Origin: an uncultured Armatimonadetes bacterium | Lineage (GTDB): Bacteria > Armatimonadota > Fimbriimonadia > Fimbriimonadales > Fimbriimonadaceae | Assembly: GCA_903899015.1 (NCBI GenBank) | Contig: CAIUHP010000067.1 | Coordinates: 9,796 to 73,795 of the forward strand | DNA: 64,000 nucleotides | Reading direction: 5' to 3' | In this document: positions 58,391-64,000 of the stretch, piece after piece | Position numbering within the stretch: the first letter of the stretch is position 1 | Layout: each line of letters begins with the position of its first letter | The notes under the pieces: generated by a model | What the model was told of the DNA's origin: nothing | What the model saw: only the letters and a program-made list of their open reading frames with translations | Database searches by the model: none | Translations under genes and position numbers: made by a program

Positions 58391-58912
58391 ATGGATGTAG
58401 TCCTTAAGAGCTTAACCCAACACAGCAGTGAGATTCTGTTGTTTTTACTCATCGTAATTCTCGCTCTTACGATCATCGTTATGCGTTTGACCCGTCTTCA
58501 AGCGAGAGCCGCCTCTCGCTGGCAAACTTTATTGCCTGATGGAAGGGGTGAAAACCTGGAGACATTGCTATATGATCACTTACGCGAGCGTATGAAGATC
58601 GAACAAGAACTCGAAACGCTACGAGCTCGAGCGCTTGATCTAGAAACTCGACTCGCAGAAAGTAAAAGGCATCTCGGGCTTGTTCGCTACGACGCGTTCG
58701 ATGATGTTCGCGGAAATCAAAGTTTTGCAATGGCATTTTATGATGATCAGGGTAACGGAGCCGTCCTCAATAGCATTGTAGGTCGAGCCGATTGCCGCGT
58801 CTATTGCAAACCATTATTGAACCATCGGTCCGAAAGAGACCTCTCACAAGAAGAACAACGTGCCATTCGTGAAGCGAAGGCGACAGGACCGAAAACGATT
58901 ATCTCGCAGTAA
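58391..58912 (+). CDS. DUF4446 family protein
   Basis: One N-terminal TM segment, a coiled coil, then GLVRYDAFDDVRGNQSFAMAFYDDQGNG, which I recognise as the DUF4446 core. Confidence 0.75.
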   Translation: MDVVLKSLTQHSSEILLFLLIVILALTIIVMRLTRLQARAASRWQTLLPDGRGENLETLLYDHLRERMKIEQELETLRARALDLETRLAESKRHLGLVRYDAFDDVRGNQSFAMAFYDDQGNGAVLNSIVGRADCRVYCKPLLNHRSERDLSQEEQRAIREAKATGPKTIISQ

Positions 58913-58918
58913 ACGACG

Positions 58919-59512
58919 ATGAGCGAAAGCTACCTCGACGATCATATGCTCATCAACCGGGCGCAGACCGGCGATCGAAGTGCATTTAACACGCTCATTC
59001 GAAAGCACGAAACGCGTGCTTACCAGTACGCGTTCCGGTTGACCCGAAACCCTGAGGAGGCCGCCGATGTCGTTGCAGACGCTTTCGTCCGCATCTATAA
59101 CGCCCTTCACAACTTCAAGGGCCAGAGCGCTTTTACGACGTGGATGTATCGGATACTCACGAACTGCTACCTCGACGTCAAGAAGAAAGAAAAGAATAAG
59201 GTGACGACTTCCCTAGAGGCAGTCATGTTGACACCTGACGGCGAGATGGAGCGTCAGATAGAAGACGACGCTCCTTCACCCTATGAGGACACGGAAAGGT
59301 CGGAACGAGAAAGAAGCATTGAAAACGCCGTCTCCTTGCTTCCCGAATATCAGAGAGCGATGATCGTGATGTACCACGCAGAGTCGATGACTTACGAAGA
59401 AATCGCAGCTGCCCTCGACCTACCGGTTGGCACGGTGAAGAGTCGTCTCAACCGTGCAAGAGTGAGCCTTCGGGAGCTTCTTGTAAAAGATGAGGAACTT
59501 TTTAAGATTTAA
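58919..59512 (+). CDS. ECF-type RNA polymerase sigma factor
   Basis: Region 2 (AFNTLIRKHETRAYQYAFRLTRNPEEAADVVADAF, TWMYRILTN) and region 4 HTH (MTYEEIAAALDLPVGTVKSRLNRAR). Confidence 0.92.
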   Translation: MSESYLDDHMLINRAQTGDRSAFNTLIRKHETRAYQYAFRLTRNPEEAADVVADAFVRIYNALHNFKGQSAFTTWMYRILTNCYLDVKKKEKNKVTTSLEAVMLTPDGEMERQIEDDAPSPYEDTERSERERSIENAVSLLPEYQRAMIVMYHAESMTYEEIAAALDLPVGTVKSRLNRARVSLRELLVKDEELFKI

Positions 59513-59570
59513 GCAGTCGAACTAACTGTGGGTCGACACCCGTCCCGCGCAAGTTTCTCTAAACATTCCC

Positions 59571-60413
59571 ATGAACAACGACAAAGCAAGAGATTTCTTT
59601 TCTGCTTATTACGAAGGCACTTTAGAGTCAGGCCTCAAACAATCTTTCGAAGCTCGGCTTTCGACAGATGCTTTGATTCAGGCCGACTACGCGGCTTTCG
59701 TTGAAACAGTCCAAGAACTCAACACGCTGAAAGACGAAGAGATTGAAATTCCAAGCTTCCTGAGCGATCGTATCGCGACTCGTCTTGAGCAAGTTCAACC
59801 GAAGAGCCGCTTCGGCTTCCCAGCATGGTTAGGCGTTCTCCGAGGATTGGCATTTGCAGGTCTTGCAACCGCCGCGATTGTCTTCGCACTTCCCTTCGTT
59901 CAGGGCAATCACGATGTCAGTAACGCAGGCGCAATTTCTTCTTCGGCAAGCGTCAACCAAGTCCGATTCAAATTCGACGGAACAAAAGTCGTCCTGAATT
60001 ATTCGGCTTCTGGAACCAAGACGATCGTCGTTTCATCACCCGTCACCGGTAAAGAAATCAAGCGAATTCAGCTTGAGAATAATCGACTTGAAAGTCCACT
60101 GGAGAATTCTCTCGCTAAGGCAGTCGTCTTTAAGATTGAATCCCTTGGGGACGAGGGTGGTCGATTGATCGCCATTCCCGGCTCAGTTCCAGAAAAGGCA
60201 AAACCGGGCGAAGGAACGGTTCAGGATCTTGCCGTAGCGTTGGCCGGTCACTATCGAGTGCCCGTCGTCATCGATTCGGGTGTCGCGTCTAAGCAAATTA
60301 GTTGGAACTTTGGATCAGCTGACGCCCGTGCGGCTGCAAGCCAGGCAGTAGGCAGTGAAGGCTTTAGCGTTGATCAAAAGCAAGATGGACTTGTAGAAAT
60401 TCTTGCCCGATAG
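59571..60413 (+). CDS. putative membrane anti-sigma factor
   Basis: Located directly after the ECF sigma. N-terminal helical domain of about 80 aa, one TM segment (GLAFAGLATAAIVFALPFV) and an extracytoplasmic C-terminal domain. No zinc-binding HxxxCxxC motif seen. Confidence 0.6.
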   Translation: MNNDKARDFFSAYYEGTLESGLKQSFEARLSTDALIQADYAAFVETVQELNTLKDEEIEIPSFLSDRIATRLEQVQPKSRFGFPAWLGVLRGLAFAGLATAAIVFALPFVQGNHDVSNAGAISSSASVNQVRFKFDGTKVVLNYSASGTKTIVVSSPVTGKEIKRIQLENNRLESPLENSLAKAVVFKIESLGDEGGRLIAIPGSVPEKAKPGEGTVQDLAVALAGHYRVPVVIDSGVASKQISWNFGSADARAAASQAVGSEGFSVDQKQDGLVEILAR

Positions 60414-60437
60414 GTTTTCATCCCACCACCCCCTGAA

Positions 60438-60469
60438 AGCCCGCGACCGAAAGGAAGCGGGCTATTTTA
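60438..60469 (+). terminator. intrinsic terminator after the anti-sigma gene
   Basis: AGCCCGC (60438-60444) / GCGGGCT (60457-60463), followed by ATTTTAC. Confidence 0.55.
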
Positions 60470-60721
60470 CTTCTCGTTGCCTAGCCGGCTTCGTTTCTTT
60501 AACGACTCTGCCTATCGTCGATCCACCATTGAAGAATTGAGCAGGAACTAACTTAAGCTAGATTTCGATAAAGGGTTGTGAGTTGCGCTTAGACAACTTC
60601 CATTTGGATGCCAGCTACCACGTAGGACCTTTGACCTAACCCTTTTTTCACACCCGTTGCGTCAATTCTCCGGCTCAATCGGGCTCACTTTGGCTGTAAC
60701 CCGATGAAGGTTCTTAAAAAG

Positions 60722-60773
60722 AAAATTAAGAAAATCTAAAACGGATCTTAATTTTTCTTATTTCGTGTACAAT
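60722..60773 (+). promoter_or_regulatory. AT-rich inverted repeat and possible -10 upstream of the second ECF sigma gene
   Basis: AAAATTAAG (60722-60730) N16 CTTAATTTT (60747-60755), then TACAAT at 60768-60773. The local sequence is far more AT-rich than its surroundings. Confidence 0.3.
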
Positions 60774-60787
60774 ATCATCGTCTGGAA

Positions 60788-61366
60788 TTGAGGAGATTGT
60801 TTAGAGAAATGAATACAAGCCGAGTTTTGAGTTGGGAGTCGCATTTAATCGTCCGAGCGGCGGGCGGCGATCAGATCGCGTTCGAGCTTCTCTCCGACAT
60901 TTACCGGCCGGTGCTGATGAGCCTTGCGATGAGGATGTTGCGAAATGCCGATGATGCCAACGACGCCGTCCAGGACACACTGCTAAAAGCATTTCGAGCC
61001 ATTCACGATTTCGATCCGGAGCGCCCTCTGAAACCATGGCTCTGCCGAATCTGTGCCAACTGCTGCGTAGACGCAGTTCGATCGCGAAAGCGAGACGGTG
61101 ACTCACTCGATCAGCATGAGTACATGCTGGCCGATAGTTCCGAAGTCGATGGAACCGCTACCGGTTCGATCCGCCAAGGTCAGGTCATCGAAGCAATCGA
61201 AAGATTGCCTGAAAAGTATCGAAGAATTATCTTCATGCGCCATTTCAAGCACATGGATGTAAACGAGATCGCGGTCGCGCTGGACAAACCAGAAGGCACC
61301 ATCAAGAGCTGGTTATTCCGAGCACGAGCCATGTTAAAGAAAGATCTTCATCTCGCGCTTGGCTAA
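60788..61366 (+). CDS. ECF-type RNA polymerase sigma factor (second copy)
   Basis: Region 2 (AFELLSDIYRPVLMSLAMRMLRNADDANDAVQDTL, PWLCRICANC) and region 4 (MDVNEIAVALDKPEGTIKSWLFRAR). The start is TTG 60788 or ATG 60809. Confidence 0.9.
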   Translation: MRRLFREMNTSRVLSWESHLIVRAAGGDQIAFELLSDIYRPVLMSLAMRMLRNADDANDAVQDTLLKAFRAIHDFDPERPLKPWLCRICANCCVDAVRSRKRDGDSLDQHEYMLADSSEVDGTATGSIRQGQVIEAIERLPEKYRRIIFMRHFKHMDVNEIAVALDKPEGTIKSWLFRARAMLKKDLHLALG

Positions 61367-61389
61367 GAAAAGTCTGAGGGAAAACGAAA

Positions 61390-61425
61390 GAGGCTTGATG
61401 CTTAAAGCATCGAGTCTCTTTTTTT
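61390..61425 (+). terminator. intrinsic terminator after the second ECF sigma gene
   Basis: 12-bp stem GAGGCTTGATGC / GCATCGAGTCTC (two G-U pairs) with a 5-nt loop, followed by T7 (61419-61425). Confidence 0.75.
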
Positions 61426-61503
61426 GATGATCGTTCTGCCCTCGTGTTGAGTCTCACGTTCGGTTAGGAATCGCTCTGGTGAGGCTGGTACCCTTTAACT
61501 GGA

Positions 61504-62610
61504 ATGCCAATCACAGAAACCCAGGTCCTCGATGCGCTTCGTAACGTCGTTGATCCCGATCTCCACCGAGATATCGTCACTCTCGGCTTTGTGAAGGATC
61601 TTGTAATCGAAGACAGCAATGTTTCATTCAAGGTTCAACTCACAACTCCAGCTTGCCCTGTCAAGGAAATTCTCGAAGCAGAATGCTACGAGCGAGTTGG
61701 TGCGATCGCAGGCGTCGGAAAAGTCACGATTGAGATGACTTCTCAAGTGCGACAACGAGAAACCAAACAAGACGACCTTATCCCCAACGTCAAGCATTGC
61801 ATCGCAATCGCCTCGGGTAAGGGCGGAGTTGGAAAAAGCACCTGTGCGGTGAACCTAGCCATTGCTCTGGCACAAACTGGAGCGAAGGTAGGATTGATGG
61901 ACGCTGACGTTTATGGACCGTCTATCCCACTCATGATGGGCGCCCAAGATGAAAAGCCGTACACGCGTGGTAGCAAGATTCTTCCGATTCAGCGCTATGG
62001 AATCCACATGATGTCCCTTGGCTTCCTCTTGGAAGAAGGACAGGCCGTTCTTTGGCGCGGACCAATGGTTGCGGGTACGGTTCGACAGCTTCTAGCTGAC
62101 GTCGAATGGGGCGATTTGGATTATCTCCTGGTCGACCTTCCCCCAGGAACCGGTGACGCACCGATGTCGCTTGCTCAGCTAGCTCCGTTGACGGGAGTTG
62201 TCATCGTGACGACCCCTCATCATGTGGCGGCAAACATTGCAGGAAAGTCCGTCCAACTCTTCCGTAGGCTAAACGCTCCCATCATGGGAGTTATCGAAAA
62301 CATGGCGGGATTTGTTTGTCCGAACTGCAATACCGTGACTCAGATCTTCTCTGGAACCACCGGCGAAGCACTCTCAGAGACTCTGCAGGTTCCCTACCTG
62401 GGTAGCGTTCCTCTCGATCCTAGCGTAAGTGACGCAAGCGATAAAGGAATTCCTTCCATCGTTGCTCGCCCCGAGAGGCCGCAAGCGGACGCGTTTAAGG
62501 AAATTGCCGGCAAACTTGCTCGGCAAGCCTCGATCGCAGGATTCACGCGAAAAGACTTGATCAAGCCAACCGATCCCGCGGAACGTCCAAAGTTTGCTCC
62601 CGCGGAGTAG
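61504..62610 (+). CDS. Mrp/ApbC-family Fe-S cluster carrier ATPase
   Basis: N-terminal DUF59/MIP18 (VVDPDLHRDIVTLGFV), deviant Walker A SGKGGVGKST and the CPNC cluster-binding motif. Confidence 0.93.
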   Translation: MPITETQVLDALRNVVDPDLHRDIVTLGFVKDLVIEDSNVSFKVQLTTPACPVKEILEAECYERVGAIAGVGKVTIEMTSQVRQRETKQDDLIPNVKHCIAIASGKGGVGKSTCAVNLAIALAQTGAKVGLMDADVYGPSIPLMMGAQDEKPYTRGSKILPIQRYGIHMMSLGFLLEEGQAVLWRGPMVAGTVRQLLADVEWGDLDYLLVDLPPGTGDAPMSLAQLAPLTGVVIVTTPHHVAANIAGKSVQLFRRLNAPIMGVIENMAGFVCPNCNTVTQIFSGTTGEALSETLQVPYLGSVPLDPSVSDASDKGIPSIVARPERPQADAFKEIAGKLARQASIAGFTRKDLIKPTDPAERPKFAPAE

Positions 62611-62620
62611 ACCGCTAACC

Positions 62621-63274
62621 TTAGAAATAAGGGCTCGATGAAACTGGGATACCGCTCTCTGGAGCATCTAGCCATGTCTTGATTGGACTTGCTTCGTATT
62701 TACGGAGCAAGTCTCCCACACCATCTTCACCGCGAACCCATCGCAGAACTTGATGGGGAATTGTTGATCGATCGCTGTCCGGAATCGGCTCAGGCCAATT
62801 CAATCGGTAGTATTGAGACTTTGGCAAGAGGATCTCTGGATCGACCAAGCTGAGAACGGTCGCTCCATTCGGAATGAAAGCAGTTAATGCCTCAACCGCT
62901 TGTTCAATCATCGATCGGTCATCTAATTCCGCGATTCCCTGACGTCGAGACGCACGAAGGTATTTTCGAGCGCAGTTCGAGCCCACTTGGACGATGACGA
63001 GGTCCGAGTCTTCGAGAGATTCTCTCATGTCCGTCGTCGATAGCAACGAGTGAGTCGAGTTCATTGCGATAAAGCAAACCCGCGCCAATCGATCGAATAG
63101 GTCGAGCCGCTCATTATCGGCATCTGAAAATCGTATGGCCAGTTCTCGCTCCCCAAAATATGTTGCGAGAGACGCGATCACTGGCACCGAGCATCGAACG
63201 CTGCCCGCACCAAGAATCGTGAGTTTCAAAGAATCCACATCCTTAATGTACGCCTTTCGAAACCCGTTCTGCAA
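62621..63274 (-). CDS. hypothetical protein resembling only the N-terminal Rossmann half of GH4 glycosidases
   Basis: 217 aa. LTILGAGSV..ELAIRFSDADNERLDL..STTDMRESLEDSDLVIVQVG parallels the GH4 NAD-binding N-terminal domain. The C-terminal catalytic half is absent. Confidence 0.5.
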   Translation of the reverse strand: MQNGFRKAYIKDVDSLKLTILGAGSVRCSVPVIASLATYFGERELAIRFSDADNERLDLFDRLARVCFIAMNSTHSLLSTTDMRESLEDSDLVIVQVGSNCARKYLRASRRQGIAELDDRSMIEQAVEALTAFIPNGATVLSLVDPEILLPKSQYYRLNWPEPIPDSDRSTIPHQVLRWVRGEDGVGDLLRKYEASPIKTWLDAPESGIPVSSSPYF

Positions 63275-63333
63275 AGTGAAATCTGAGGTTTATTGCGGTT
63301 CAATGTCCCGAGTGCGGTAACCTGCCCTTCCTC

Positions 63334-64000
63334 ATGGATGACTTCAGCCTTGACCGGCAAGAGTTGACAGGCTCACTCATTTCCTTGGAATTCGGACCGG
63401 GTGGCCGCATCCAACAACTCTGGGCGTCTGACCCAACTTCACCGGACGAGAGTGAAGAATTCCAATTCGTTGCTCCTCCCCTCATGATGGGCGAGGAAAC
63501 GACCGAAGACTACTTCCCCGGCACCATCTTGCTCGGTGCTCGAACCCATCCTGACGACCCATGGATTGTCAGCCGGAATGCCAGGGCCGAGATCATCGAC
63601 GACGAAGAAGATAATGGATCGGTCGTCGCATTTGAATACGAGTTCGCATTTCTGGATGAAATCCGCGCCACCGGTAAGTTCTATGAAATCCCAGGCACGG
63701 TGCCACAAATTGCGTGGGACGTCGAGATTACCAACAAGAGCCGGCGCAGCCTAGAGATTGGCGAACTCGGATTCCCTTTGGCGCTGAACAACGTTCTTGA
63801 AGGCTTGAATCAAACCGACCGTGCAGTGCGCGAACTTTGGAATGATCGTGTCTACGTTCACAAATGCCTCGGTGGATCGGCCAGCTACATCTTCGCACAG
63901 AGAATGACTTCACGCCCTCCTGGGCTCGCAATTTTCCCTGGCGGAGACACCAAGTGGGAGTTTTTCAACCATGTTCCTGCGTCGCTCACGACACCTTATC
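63334..64000 (+). CDS. hypothetical protein, 3' end outside window
   Basis: Frame 1 is open from ATG 63334 (MDDFSLDRQELTGSLISLEFGPGGRIQQLW) to the window end, 222 codons with no stop. It is missing from the ORF track because it has no stop. Beta-rich looking, no motif recognised. Confidence 0.6.
   Translation, partial: MDDFSLDRQELTGSLISLEFGPGGRIQQLWASDPTSPDESEEFQFVAPPLMMGEETTEDYFPGTILLGARTHPDDPWIVSRNARAEIIDDEEDNGSVVAFEYEFAFLDEIRATGKFYEIPGTVPQIAWDVEITNKSRRSLEIGELGFPLALNNVLEGLNQTDRAVRELWNDRVYVHKCLGGSASYIFAQRMTSRPPGLAIFPGGDTKWEFFNHVPASLTTPY

Overview
This is a gene-dense bacterial chromosomal segment, roughly 90 percent coding and about 50-55 percent GC by eye (neither computed). I call 62 protein-coding genes across both strands. 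I found no rRNA, tRNA, CRISPR array, transposase, integrase or phage gene, so this looks like core chromosome rather than an island.

Housekeeping genes dominate: nusA-ylxR-infB, folB, ispH, ispG, accD/accA, rimI-tsaD, ligA, rho, hpt, trpB, rsmA, queG, lepB, glgP, glgA, a thiolase, a desaturase and an Mrp/ApbC Fe-S carrier.

There are two carbohydrate clusters:
- 1-4681: two TIM-barrel isomerases, a Gfo/Idh/MocA oxidoreductase, a CE7 esterase and a glycerate kinase.
- 29286-40257: a PfkB kinase, a TIM barrel, a GH106-like hydrolase, a SASA-type esterase, an alpha/beta hydrolase, a GH20 and a GH29. Most carry signal peptides.

The window also holds two ECF sigma modules, an SdpR/SdpI-like pair and a P1B-4-type metal ATPase. 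Pathway genes are conspicuously dispersed: trpB and livF stand alone, ispG and ispH are separated, and so are glgP and glgA. That dispersal, together with a ylxR-containing nusA operon and many ECF sigmas, weakly suggests a non-proteobacterial heterotroph, possibly Armatimonadota-like. This is a guess, not a determination.

I see no recognisable defence or mobile system. The candidates most worth follow-up are:
1. A stand-alone Pup-ligase/Dop-family gene with no Pup or proteasome context.
2. An acidic 112-aa ORF translationally coupled between accD and accA.
3. A radC gene overlapping a translin/TRAX-like gene.
4. A 591-nt region after accA with no convincing gene.
5. A half-length GH4-like Rossmann protein.

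All product calls rest on motif recognition by eye. No database search was run.
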